From Acidobacteriota bacterium (GTDB lineage Bacteria > Actinomycetota > Acidimicrobiia > Spongiisociales > ZC4RG35): DNA of 64,000 nucleotides. The notes beneath the pieces are model-generated. The model saw nothing but the letters and a program-made list of their open reading frames with translations, was not told the origin of the DNA and did not search any database. This document shows, piece after piece, positions 28,989 to 38,115 of this stretch. The stretch lies in contig JACZUI010000007.1 of the NCBI GenBank assembly GCA_022573225.1, positions 2,183 through 66,182 on the forward strand, given 5' to 3'. The position numbers were made by a program, and so were the translations under genes. The number at the start of each line of letters is the position of its first letter. Position 1 is the stretch's first letter.

Positions 28989-29755
28989 CCCTGGTCGTTG
29001 CTGCCGATCAGTTGGGAAAAGTCTTCGGCACAGGATCAGATTCCGTCGAGGCTCTCGCGGGCATCGATCTGTCCATTCCACAGGGAGACTTCATTTCGTT
29101 GATCGGTCCTTCGGGATGTGGGAAGTCGACGCTGCTTCGGCTGATCGGGGATCTACTCGAGCCGACATCGGGGAATCTGCTGACAAATGGCAAACAGCCG
29201 TCACAGGCTCGTCTCGACCGTGACTACGGAATGGTGTTCCAGTCGGCGACCCTGCTTGATTGGCGGACCGTCCGCAAGAACGTAGAACTGCCCTTGGAGA
29301 TCATGGACATCGCAGCCGAGGAGCGGTCGAAACGCGCCGGCGAGATGCTCGAACTGGTTCAACTAGACCAGTTTGGCGACCATTACCCCTGGCAGCTATC
29401 GGGTGGAATGCAGCAACGGGTTGCCATCGCCAGGGCTCTCGCCTTCGAGCCATCGTTGTTGTTGATGGATGAGCCCTTCGGGGCGCTCGATGAGATGACC
29501 CGGGAGTTGATGCAGCAAGAGGTGCTCCGGCTCTGGAGGGAGACCGGCATCTCGGTCGTGTTTGTGACTCACTCGATACCCGAGGCGGTCTTTCTCTCTA
29601 CAAGGGTTGTGGTGATGACCCCGCGACCGGGTCGGATCAGCGCGGAGATCACCATCGACCTGCCGGCGAAGAGGGATCAGGACACCCGCGAGGACCCCCG
29701 ATACTTTGAACTGATCACCGAGGTTCGGGAAGTGCTGCGCCGGGGAGAAGCATGA
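28985..29755 (+). CDS. ABC transporter ATP-binding protein
   Basis: Walker A GPSGCGKST, signature LSGGMQQR, Walker B LLLMDEP. Confidence 0.9.
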   Translation: MTLVVAADQLGKVFGTGSDSVEALAGIDLSIPQGDFISLIGPSGCGKSTLLRLIGDLLEPTSGNLLTNGKQPSQARLDRDYGMVFQSATLLDWRTVRKNVELPLEIMDIAAEERSKRAGEMLELVQLDQFGDHYPWQLSGGMQQRVAIARALAFEPSLLLMDEPFGALDEMTRELMQQEVLRLWRETGISVVFVTHSIPEAVFLSTRVVVMTPRPGRISAEITIDLPAKRDQDTREDPRYFELITEVREVLRRGEA

Positions 29756-30624
29756 CCGAGCGCGACGACGTCATACGTGAGAGTCATGAAACGGATGTCT
29801 TCACAGCCTTTGAAGGTGACCTACCCGTCGGTGGACGAAAGCCCTCCGCGATCAGGAACTTCAGCGGCAAATACCTGCCGGCACTCGCATCGTTCCTTGT
29901 AGTGATCCTTCTTTGGGAGGGTCTTACCCGCGCACTCGGCGTCGAGACCTTTGTCCTTCCCAAGCCCAGCGAGATCCTGACGAGTTTCGTCGAGACGTGG
30001 GATACCATCTGGGGTGCCGGGTTCCGTACCCTTTTCGAGGCTGTCGGTGGTTTCGTCATGGGGGTGTCGGCCGCAGTCGTGACGGCCCTGGCGGCGTCTC
30101 GGTGGGTGCGATTCAGGGATGGAATGCTGCCCATCGCCATCGCTCTGAGCGCCACACCCATCATTGCCCTCGCTCCAATCTTCAATAATTGGTTCACCAT
30201 CACCAGCCCTTTCTCGAAAATGGCGGTGGTGGCAGTGCTGGTCTACTTCCCGGTCATGATCAACACGACAAGGGGCCTACAGGAGGTGGACCAACGCGAA
30301 CTCGAGTTGATGCGCTCGGTTGCCGCGTCTCCGAACGAGACCATGCGACGGGTGCGGATCCCCCATGCGCTTCCCTTCTTCTTCGCATCGCTCAAAGTGG
30401 CAAGCGCGCTTTCGCTGATCGCAGCGATCGTTGCCGAGTACTTCGGGGGCCCACAGGATGTTCTGGGTCAATACATCATCAACCGGGCGAATCTCTTCCA
30501 GTTTCCCGATGCTTGGGCCGCGATCTTGGTTGCATCGTTGTTGGGCATCACCTTCTACATCCTGATCCTCGGCGCCGAGCGTCTTTTCATGCCCTGGCAC
30601 GTTTCGTTCCGAACCGGCAGGTAG
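29752..30624 (+). CDS. ABC transporter permease (second, NitT/TauT-type)
   Basis: Paralogous to 28125-28988. EAA-like loop MRSVAASPNETMRRVRIPHALPF. Confidence 0.85.
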   Translation: MTERDDVIRESHETDVFTAFEGDLPVGGRKPSAIRNFSGKYLPALASFLVVILLWEGLTRALGVETFVLPKPSEILTSFVETWDTIWGAGFRTLFEAVGGFVMGVSAAVVTALAASRWVRFRDGMLPIAIALSATPIIALAPIFNNWFTITSPFSKMAVVAVLVYFPVMINTTRGLQEVDQRELELMRSVAASPNETMRRVRIPHALPFFFASLKVASALSLIAAIVAEYFGGPQDVLGQYIINRANLFQFPDAWAAILVASLLGITFYILILGAERLFMPWHVSFRTGR

Positions 30625-30705
30625 CCGCGTTTTTCCCACTCTGCGTATGCCAAAGCGATGAGCCGATAAGGTGGACATCTGTTCAAAATCAAGAGGAGGA
30701 AAAGT

Positions 30706-31821
30706 ATGAAAATGTCTTTGTGGCGCCGTAGCGGGTTGTTGATTGGAGCGTTTGGGTTGGTGCTTGCTGCCTGCGGTGACAGCAATGGTGCAGGAGGAAT
30801 CGCCGAAGATTGTGATGAAGTCGATGAGGTGACACTCCAGTTGCAGTGGTTCGCCCAGTCGCAGTTTGCCGGGTACTACGTCGCCCTTGACAACGGTTTC
30901 TACGCGGACGAATGCCTCGATGTCGAGATACTCGAAGGCGGAGTAGACATCGTTCCCCAGCAAGTTCTCGCCACCGGCGGAGCCGAGTTTGGCCTTGCCT
31001 GGGTGCCGAAAGCCTTGGTGTCGCGTGAAGGCGGGGCGGACATCGTCAACATCGCCCAGGTGTTCGAGAGGTCCGGGACCCTCGAGGTCTCATTGGCCGA
31101 CTCAGGGATTGAATCTCCCGAAGATTGGGCCGGGAAAACGGTTGGGAACTGGGGCTTTGGCAACGAGTTCGAACTGACCGCTGCCATCTCCAAGTTCAAC
31201 GTTGCGGATGTGGAGCTCATCGGCCAGGACTTCACCATGAACGCCCTTCTCAACGGTGAGATCGACGCCGCCGAGGCGATGATCTACAACGAGTACGCCC
31301 AGGTGCTCGAGGCGATCAACCCTGATACCGGGGAGCTGTATCAGCCCGAAGACCTGAATGTCATCGACTTCAACGAGATCGGGACTGCGATGCTCCAGGA
31401 TGCGGTGTGGGTCGACGCCGGATGGATTGCCGAATCCGGCAACGAGGACATCGCCATTCGTTTCCTCACCGCCTCGTTCCGGGGTTGGATCCATTGCCTG
31501 GACAACTTCGATGATTGCGTCGATGTCGTCCTCGCAAACGGATCGACGTTGCCGGCCGGCCACCAGGAGTGGCAGCTCAACGAGATCTTGGCTCTGATTT
31601 TCCCCGCGACGAATGGCATCGGGATCATGAACGACGAGCTCTGGGACCAGACCGTCGCAGTTGCCACCGAGCAGATCCCAGAGCTTCAGGGAGTCGATGT
31701 CTCTGATGGCGCCTTTCGGACCGACCTGGCCGAGGCAGCCATCGGCAACATCGGCAGCCTGGACACCGACGGCGACGGCTACTCCCATCGCGACATCGAG
31801 CTAAAGGAAGGTGGCGAGTAG
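30706..31821 (+). CDS. ABC transporter substrate-binding lipoprotein (NMT1/THI5-like)
   Basis: Lipobox LVLAAC. LQLQWFAQSQFAGYYVA is typical of NMT1-like binding proteins. Confidence 0.8.
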   Translation: MKMSLWRRSGLLIGAFGLVLAACGDSNGAGGIAEDCDEVDEVTLQLQWFAQSQFAGYYVALDNGFYADECLDVEILEGGVDIVPQQVLATGGAEFGLAWVPKALVSREGGADIVNIAQVFERSGTLEVSLADSGIESPEDWAGKTVGNWGFGNEFELTAAISKFNVADVELIGQDFTMNALLNGEIDAAEAMIYNEYAQVLEAINPDTGELYQPEDLNVIDFNEIGTAMLQDAVWVDAGWIAESGNEDIAIRFLTASFRGWIHCLDNFDDCVDVVLANGSTLPAGHQEWQLNEILALIFPATNGIGIMNDELWDQTVAVATEQIPELQGVDVSDGAFRTDLAEAAIGNIGSLDTDGDGYSHRDIELKEGGE

Positions 31822-31873
31822 CAGGAGATCGAGAGCGGGCCTCGGCCTGAGGTAAGTTCAACGAGGTTGAGGG

Positions 31874-31906
31874 AAAGGCGAGGGGCTTACCCCCCTTCGC
31901 CTTTTC
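31874..31906 (+). terminator. Rho-independent terminator-like hairpin after the ABC transporter genes
   Basis: AAAGGCGAGGGG-CUUACC-CCCCUUCGCCUUU: a stem of about 12 bp with one bulge, running into UUUUCG. Confidence 0.6.
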
Positions 31907-31951
31907 GCTGGGCTACTAGGTTTGGGTTCAGCGTCGTCAGAAAGGATTCCG

Positions 31952-32794
31952 ATGCCCAACGTCGTCAGAGCCGCCATCGTCCAAACCGCGTGGACCGGCG
32001 ACCAAGACTCGATGATCAAGAAGAACGTCGACTACGCACGGCAGGCGGCCGAGCAGGGAGCCCAGGTGATGTGCTTCCAGGAACTGTTCTACGGGCCTTA
32101 CTTCTGCCAGGTCCAAGAGAACGAGCACTTCGCCTATGCCGAGCCAATCCCCGACGGGCCAACCACAAAGCTGATGCTGGATCTGGCGAAAGAGACCGGA
32201 ATGGTGCTAATCGTCCCGATCTTCGAGATGGAGCAGGCAGGCTTCTATTACAACACCGCCGCTGTCATCGATGCCGACGGGACCTATCTCGGCAAGTACC
32301 GCAAGAACCACATCCCGCATGTCAAGGGTTTCTGGGAGAAGTTCTACTTTCGCCCCGGCAATTTGGGATACCCCGTATTCGACACCGCCGTCGGCAAGAT
32401 CGGCGTATACATCTGCTACGACCGCCACTTCCCTGAAGGCTGGCGCGCCCTTGGCCTCAACGGGGCCAAGATCGTCTTCAACCCCTCGGCCGTCGACCGC
32501 GGGCTTTCGATGCACCTGTGGAACCTCGAACAGCCGGCGTCGGCCGTGGCCAATGAGTACTTCATCGGGGCGATCAACCGCGTCGGCAAGGAAGAATTCG
32601 GCGACAACGACTTCTACGGGTCTTCCTACTTCGTTGATCCGAGGGGTCAGATCGTCGGCGATTCCGCGTCGGACACCGAAGAGGAGTTGGTCATCCGAGA
32701 CCTTGACCTTGACACCGTCGAGGAGGTTCGCCAGCAGTGGGCCTTCTATCGCGACCGCCGTCCGGACGCCTATCAGGATCTCGTCGCACCCTAA
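31952..32794 (+). CDS. Beta-ureidopropionase-type carbon-nitrogen hydrolase
   Basis: CN-hydrolase catalytic triad context (CFQELF, KNHIP, ICYDRHFPE). Adjacent to dihydropyrimidinase. Confidence 0.75.
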   Translation: MPNVVRAAIVQTAWTGDQDSMIKKNVDYARQAAEQGAQVMCFQELFYGPYFCQVQENEHFAYAEPIPDGPTTKLMLDLAKETGMVLIVPIFEMEQAGFYYNTAAVIDADGTYLGKYRKNHIPHVKGFWEKFYFRPGNLGYPVFDTAVGKIGVYICYDRHFPEGWRALGLNGAKIVFNPSAVDRGLSMHLWNLEQPASAVANEYFIGAINRVGKEEFGDNDFYGSSYFVDPRGQIVGDSASDTEEELVIRDLDLDTVEEVRQQWAFYRDRRPDAYQDLVAP

Positions 32795-32803
32795 GGAGGG
32801 CCA

Positions 32804-34225
32804 ATGCCACGTTCAGTTATCAAGGGCGGCACCGTCGTCACTTCCACCGAGCAGATGCTCTCGGATGTTCTCATCGACGACGAGAAGATCGCCGCCCTGG
32901 CCGCACCGGATAGCCACGACTGGGAGGCCGGCGCCGACAAGGTCATCGACGCCACCGGTAAGTATGTGATCCCGGGGGGCATCGATGTGCACACTCACAT
33001 GGAGCTCCCCTTTGGCGGCACCAAGGCAGCCGACACCTTCGAGACCGGCACCCGGGCCGCCGCCTGGGGCGGCACAACCACGATCATCGATTTCGCCGTC
33101 CAGGCAAAAGAGCAGAACCTCATGGACGGGTTCGAGGCCTGGATGGGGAAGGCGGATGGAAACTGTGCCATCGACTATGGATTTCATCTGATCGTCGGCG
33201 ACGTCACCGACCAGTCGCTGAAGGAGATGGACATCGCTTTCGACGAGGGGGTCACGTCCTTCAAGATGTTCATGGCCTATCCCGGCGTGTTCTATTCGAC
33301 AGACGGCGAGATCTTCCGAGCGATGCAGAAGGCAACGGAGAACGGCTCGACGATCATGATGCATGCGGAGAACGGCATCGCCATCGACGTCCTGGTTGAG
33401 CAGGCCCTGGCCAGGGGTGACACAGATCCGATCTACCACGGGCTCACTCGACCGCCCATCCTCGAAGGCGAGGCCACCCATCGGGCAATCAAGCTCGCCG
33501 AACTGGCCGGGTGCCCTATCTACATAGTCCACATGTCCGCCACCGAGGCGCTTCTTGAACTGACCATGGCCCGCGACGACGGGCAAAACGCCTTCGGCGA
33601 GACCTGTCCCCAGTATCTGTTCCTGTCGCTCGATGATCTTGGCAACGGCTACGAGGGGGCCAAGTTTGTTTGCTCGCCCCCGATGCGTGATCGCGCCGAG
33701 GAGCATCAGGAAGCTCTTTGGAAAGGGCTGGCGACCAATGACCTTCAAATCGTGTCGACCGATCACTGTCCCTTTTGTTGGGGCGATCATCCCGAGTTCG
33801 GAACCCAAAAACAGCTCGGGCGAGACAGCTTCGCTTCCATCCCCAACGGGCTGCCCGGTGTGGAGAACCGGATGGAGCTGATCTATCACGGCGGTGTCCA
33901 CGAAGGCAGGTTGGGCCTGAACCGGTACGTTGAGGTGACGTCCACCACACCTGCCAAGATGTTCGGCCTCTATCCCCAGAAGGGGACAATCGCCGTGGGC
34001 TCCGATGCGGACGTCGTTGTCTTCGATCCCGACGAGGTGCACACACTGAGTGCCGAGACCCATCACATGTGGGTCGACTACTCGTGCTATGAGGGCCTGG
34101 AGATCACCGGGAAGGTCGAGACCGTCCTCAGCCGGGGCAAGACGATCATCGAAGACGGTGCCTACCACGGGTCTGCCGGCGACGGCCGCTATCTCCGCCG
34201 CGGGACCAACCAGTATCTGATCTGA
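32804..34225 (+). CDS. Dihydropyrimidinase / D-hydantoinase
   Basis: GGIDVHTHMELPF, SFKMFMAY (carboxylated Lys) and VSTDHCPF. Confidence 0.9.
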   Translation: MPRSVIKGGTVVTSTEQMLSDVLIDDEKIAALAAPDSHDWEAGADKVIDATGKYVIPGGIDVHTHMELPFGGTKAADTFETGTRAAAWGGTTTIIDFAVQAKEQNLMDGFEAWMGKADGNCAIDYGFHLIVGDVTDQSLKEMDIAFDEGVTSFKMFMAYPGVFYSTDGEIFRAMQKATENGSTIMMHAENGIAIDVLVEQALARGDTDPIYHGLTRPPILEGEATHRAIKLAELAGCPIYIVHMSATEALLELTMARDDGQNAFGETCPQYLFLSLDDLGNGYEGAKFVCSPPMRDRAEEHQEALWKGLATNDLQIVSTDHCPFCWGDHPEFGTQKQLGRDSFASIPNGLPGVENRMELIYHGGVHEGRLGLNRYVEVTSTTPAKMFGLYPQKGTIAVGSDADVVVFDPDEVHTLSAETHHMWVDYSCYEGLEITGKVETVLSRGKTIIEDGAYHGSAGDGRYLRRGTNQYLI

Positions 34226-34254
34226 CGATCAGCTCGGGCGGAAGGTTTCTCGCG

Positions 34255-35181
34255 TCATTCTCCCCGCCTGATGACCCGAAAGCCGATATGGCTGGAGGAG
34301 GTGTCGATCATCTGCGGCTGGCGGGCCGCCGGTCGGTAACGGAAGCAGTACTGGATCGTGCACAGGTGAGAACCGCCTTTGACAACCTTTCGGGGGATGG
34401 GCGTTCCAGGCTGTAGCGGGTCGAGACTTGCCTCCATCGACCCACCGCGAGGATCCGCCGGTGCGCAACAGGGAGCGTCATCTGTGACGTCGGATCGATC
34501 CTGATACCAGTCGTCCGTCCACTCCCAGACGTTGCCGGCCATGTCGTAGAGGTCATATCCGTTGGGTTCGTAGTGACCGGTCGGGCTGGTGCGAATCCAG
34601 CCATCGAGCTTGGTGTTCTCATAGGGGAACCCACCTTGCCAGGTGTTCGCTCTCGGCTCCGTCTCCTGTGAATCGTCATCACCCCAGACGAACTCGGCGC
34701 CGTCCAGGCCGCCGCGTGCTGCGAACTCCCATTCCGCTTCCGTCGGTAGCTGCATACCGGCCCACTCCGCATATCCAATCGCGTCCGGGTAAGCCACGTG
34801 AACGACGGGATGATCCTCGAGTCCCTCCAGCGATGAGCCGGGACCGGTGGGGTGCCTCCAGTCGGTGCCCCGAGCCCAAGCCCACCAATTCCCATGGGCT
34901 CGCAGATCCACCGGCCCTTCGGTCAGGCTGAAAAGGAGCGACCCCGGAACGAGGTCCTCTGGTTTGGCGCCCGGGTACAGCGCCGGATCGGGCGCCACCT
35001 CGGCCACCGTGACATGTTCGGTTGCTTCGACGAACTCGGCGAACTCGCGATTGGTTACCGTGCCTCGATCCATCCAGAAGCCATCGACTGAGACCCGCCG
35101 GACCGGGCCTTCGTCCGAATAGTGATCGTCGGAGCCCATGTCGAACTCACCACCGGGGATCCAGGTTTGTTCGTGGCTCAT
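34255..35181 (-). CDS. Formylglycine-generating enzyme (SUMF1/FGE) family protein
   Basis: WIPGGEFDMGS, GNVWEWTDDWY and GGSHLC motifs. I chose ATG 35181. Confidence 0.8.
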   Translation of the reverse strand: MSHEQTWIPGGEFDMGSDDHYSDEGPVRRVSVDGFWMDRGTVTNREFAEFVEATEHVTVAEVAPDPALYPGAKPEDLVPGSLLFSLTEGPVDLRAHGNWWAWARGTDWRHPTGPGSSLEGLEDHPVVHVAYPDAIGYAEWAGMQLPTEAEWEFAARGGLDGAEFVWGDDDSQETEPRANTWQGGFPYENTKLDGWIRTSPTGHYEPNGYDLYDMAGNVWEWTDDWYQDRSDVTDDAPCCAPADPRGGSMEASLDPLQPGTPIPRKVVKGGSHLCTIQYCFRYRPAARQPQMIDTSSSHIGFRVIRRGE

Positions 35182-35293
35182 GTGCTCTTCACCTCCCCCG
35201 TTTCTGGTGGTCTGTCTCCACACACCGCGGCCGGGTGGAACAAGATGATGGGGACGGCATCGTCATGGTCGGGGTGATTATGGTCCCTTGACC

Positions 35294-35662
35294 ATGCGTT
35301 TCGTCATTACCTTTCTGTCGACAGCGGCGTCGCTATGGATTGCCGTATGGCTGGTCAATGGCCTGGAGTTCGATGGGGGGTGGTGGCAGTTCGTGATCGT
35401 CGCAGTGATCATGGGACTGGCCAATGCCATCGTGAAGCCGATCCTCATGTTGTTCAGTCTTCCGCTGATAGTGCTGACCCTGGGGCTGTTCCTGGTGATC
35501 GTGAATGCTGCCGTGCTTCAACTCGTCGTATGGCTGTCCGGACCCAGCGTCTTCGACCTCGGCCTGACTTCGACCGGTTTTTTCTGGGCCACCTTCTGGG
35601 GTGCAGTCGTTATCTCGCTGGCGGGTTGGGTAATCGGCATCTTCATGCCCGACCGCTCCTGA
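35294..35662 (+). CDS. Small membrane protein, phage-holin-4_2 (PF04020)-like
   Basis: Four hydrophobic helices. GLANAIVKPILMLFSLPLIVLTLGLFLVIVNA is typical of the family. Confidence 0.55.
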   Translation: MRFVITFLSTAASLWIAVWLVNGLEFDGGWWQFVIVAVIMGLANAIVKPILMLFSLPLIVLTLGLFLVIVNAAVLQLVVWLSGPSVFDLGLTSTGFFWATFWGAVVISLAGWVIGIFMPDRS

Positions 35663-35691
35663 TCGGGGTCACACCCCTATTCTCCTCATCG

Positions 35692-36828
35692 ATGGCTGGT
35701 GAGATCATTCCCTTCACCATCGAGGTTGCTGATGATGTGCTCGACGATCTCCGTCGACGACTGCACAACACCCGCTGGCCCGAGGCCGAACTGGTCGATG
35801 ACTGGTCTCAAGGCATCCCGTTGTCGTATGTCCGGGAGGTCTGCGACTACTGGGCCGACGAGTACGACTGGCGCGCTCGAGAGGCAGCCCTCAACCGCTT
35901 CGACCAGTTCATCACCGAAATCGACGGTGTCGACATCCACTTCGTTCACATGCGATCGCCCCACGAGAACGCTCTGCCGCTCATCATCACCCACGGGTGG
36001 CCTGGCTCGATCGTCGAGTTTCACAGGGTTCTCGAACCGCTCACCGATCCAACAGCTCACGGCAGTGACGCTGCCCACGCCTTTCACGTCGTGGTGCCAT
36101 CACTGCCCGGTTTCGGGTTTTCAGGCAAGCCGACCGAGACCGGCTGGGGTGTCGATAAGATCGCTGACGTTTTCGCCGAGCTGATGGCGCGGCTTGGCTA
36201 CGACCGCTATGTGGCCCAGGGTGGCGACTGGGGCTCGGCGATCACGACCGCGCTTGGCGCCCTCCACCCCGACCAATGCGCCGCCATCCATGTGACGCTG
36301 GCCATGGGGTTTCGCCCGAAAGCCGACGGTGACCTCACCCGGGAGGAGCAGCGGGCGTTGGACCGAATTCAGTACTACCACGACTGGGATTCCGGCTACT
36401 CGAAGCAACAGTCGACCCGGCCCCAGACTCTTGGCTACGGCCTGGTCGACTCACCGGCCGGCCAGGCGGCGTGGATACTCGAGAAGTTCTGGGCCTGGAC
36501 CGACTGCGAAGGCCACCCGGAGAACGCGCTCACCCGGGATGAGTTGCTCGACAACATCATGTTCTATTGGGTGGGTGGCAGCGGAGCGTCGTCGGCACGT
36601 ATCTACTGGGAGAGCTTCGGTCGAGGCGTCCGGCACACGGTGTCGATCCCTTCCGGGTTCAGCGTGTTCCCCAAGGAGATCGTGCCTCCGGTTCGGAAGT
36701 GGGTCGATGAGTACTACACCGACATCCGGCACTGGAGTGAGTTAGACAGAGGCGGGCACTTTGCTGCGTTCGAGGTGCCGGACCTTTACCTCGACGAGGT
36801 CCGCTCCTGCTTTCGAGCCTTCCACTAA
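35692..36828 (+). CDS. Epoxide hydrolase (microsomal type, alpha/beta fold with EHN domain)
   Basis: The N-terminal EHN region (PF..V.D..L.DL..RL..TRWP) is followed by HGWPGS and GGDWGS (nucleophile elbow). I chose ATG 35692. Confidence 0.85.
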   Translation: MAGEIIPFTIEVADDVLDDLRRRLHNTRWPEAELVDDWSQGIPLSYVREVCDYWADEYDWRAREAALNRFDQFITEIDGVDIHFVHMRSPHENALPLIITHGWPGSIVEFHRVLEPLTDPTAHGSDAAHAFHVVVPSLPGFGFSGKPTETGWGVDKIADVFAELMARLGYDRYVAQGGDWGSAITTALGALHPDQCAAIHVTLAMGFRPKADGDLTREEQRALDRIQYYHDWDSGYSKQQSTRPQTLGYGLVDSPAGQAAWILEKFWAWTDCEGHPENALTRDELLDNIMFYWVGGSGASSARIYWESFGRGVRHTVSIPSGFSVFPKEIVPPVRKWVDEYYTDIRHWSELDRGGHFAAFEVPDLYLDEVRSCFRAFH

Positions 36829-36891
36829 CCGGCCCTCACGACAACGGCATTATCCGGCAGACACCTGAACCCCACTAAATTCCCTGTCCGC

Positions 36892-38103
36892 ATGCCGGAA
36901 TTCTCCACTTCATCGATTCTGGACATTGGAACCGAGTCATCCGACAGCGAGGAAATCAGGCTCCAAAAGCGAATGCTGGTTACCGCGGCTGTCCTGGTCG
37001 TTGTCCCTGCCGCTATTTGGAGCGTCACCTATTACATCCTCGGCGAGCCGGTAGCCGCTCTCATCCCGGGGGGCTACGCGTTTCTGACGATCATCAACCT
37101 TGGCGTCTTCGCTGCGACCAAGCGTTACCGAATGTTTCGGGCCACCCAGCTGATCTTCTTTCTCGTCCTGCCGTTTCTCCTCCAGCTCGCTTTGGGTGGT
37201 TTCGTGGGGGCGTCGGCGGTGATGCTATGGGCCTTGAACGCACCTCTCGGCGCGCTGGTCATGCAGGGAAGGAAACAGGCGGTCCGCTACATGATTGCGT
37301 ACGGGGCGCTGCTGATCATCAGTCTCGTTCTTCAGCCATCGACGACCATTGACAACAGCCTCAGCGAATCGGTGGTGGGGCTATTTTTCCTCCTGAACCT
37401 TCTGGGTGTGTCGGCGGTCGCATTCATCATGCTCAACTACTTCGTCGGCCAGCGTGATCGAATCCAGGGCGAGTTGGAAAGGGAGCGGGAGAAATCCGAG
37501 CAACTCCTGCTCAATATTCTTCCCGAAGAGGTTGCCGCCGATCTCAAAGAGTTCGGGCAGACGGAGGCGAAGCATTACGCCAGTGCCTCCGTCCTTTTCG
37601 CCGATCAGGTCGGCTTCACTCAGTTTGCCGGTCGGGTTTCGCCGACGGAGTTGGTGGCTACGTTGAATGAGATCTTCACGGAGTTCGACGACATCGCCGA
37701 ACGCCATGGAATCGAGAAGATCCGTACGATCGGCGACTCCTACATGGCGGCATCGGGGGTGCCTGTCGAGAATCCCGACCACGCCGCTGCAATGGCGCGG
37801 GCCGCTTTGGAGATGATCGGATTCATCGACTCATATGCCGACGTTGAGTTTCGCATTGGGATCAATTCGGGTCCTCTCGTCGCCGGTGTCGTCGGGACGA
37901 CGAAGTTCCAGTACGACATTTGGGGAGACACTGTCAACACCGCCAGTCGGATGGAATCTTCCGGGGAGCCGAGGAAGATCCAGATCAGCGAGGCGACCCG
38001 TGATCTGGTCCACGACCAGTTCATCTGCGACCCCCGGGGATCGGTAGAAGTAAAGGGCAAAGGGGAGATGAGCACTTGGTTCCTCGTCCGGGAGCGGGAC
38101 TAA
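36892..38103 (+). CDS. Membrane-bound class III adenylate/guanylate cyclase
   Basis: Polytopic N-terminal half of about 190 aa, then FADQVGFT, RTIGDSYMAASG and DIWGDTVNTASRMES. Confidence 0.85.
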   Translation: MPEFSTSSILDIGTESSDSEEIRLQKRMLVTAAVLVVVPAAIWSVTYYILGEPVAALIPGGYAFLTIINLGVFAATKRYRMFRATQLIFFLVLPFLLQLALGGFVGASAVMLWALNAPLGALVMQGRKQAVRYMIAYGALLIISLVLQPSTTIDNSLSESVVGLFFLLNLLGVSAVAFIMLNYFVGQRDRIQGELEREREKSEQLLLNILPEEVAADLKEFGQTEAKHYASASVLFADQVGFTQFAGRVSPTELVATLNEIFTEFDDIAERHGIEKIRTIGDSYMAASGVPVENPDHAAAMARAALEMIGFIDSYADVEFRIGINSGPLVAGVVGTTKFQYDIWGDTVNTASRMESSGEPRKIQISEATRDLVHDQFICDPRGSVEVKGKGEMSTWFLVRERD

Positions 38104-38115
38104 TGTCAAGCCTCA

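Noticed and set aside
32813-34168. 451-aa ORF on the - strand
   Set aside because: It is antisense to dihydropyrimidinase. This is a shadow ORF.
35335-35691. N-terminal extension of the epoxide hydrolase ORF
   Set aside because: It overlaps the holin-like membrane gene in another frame. The EHN domain begins at ATG 35692.
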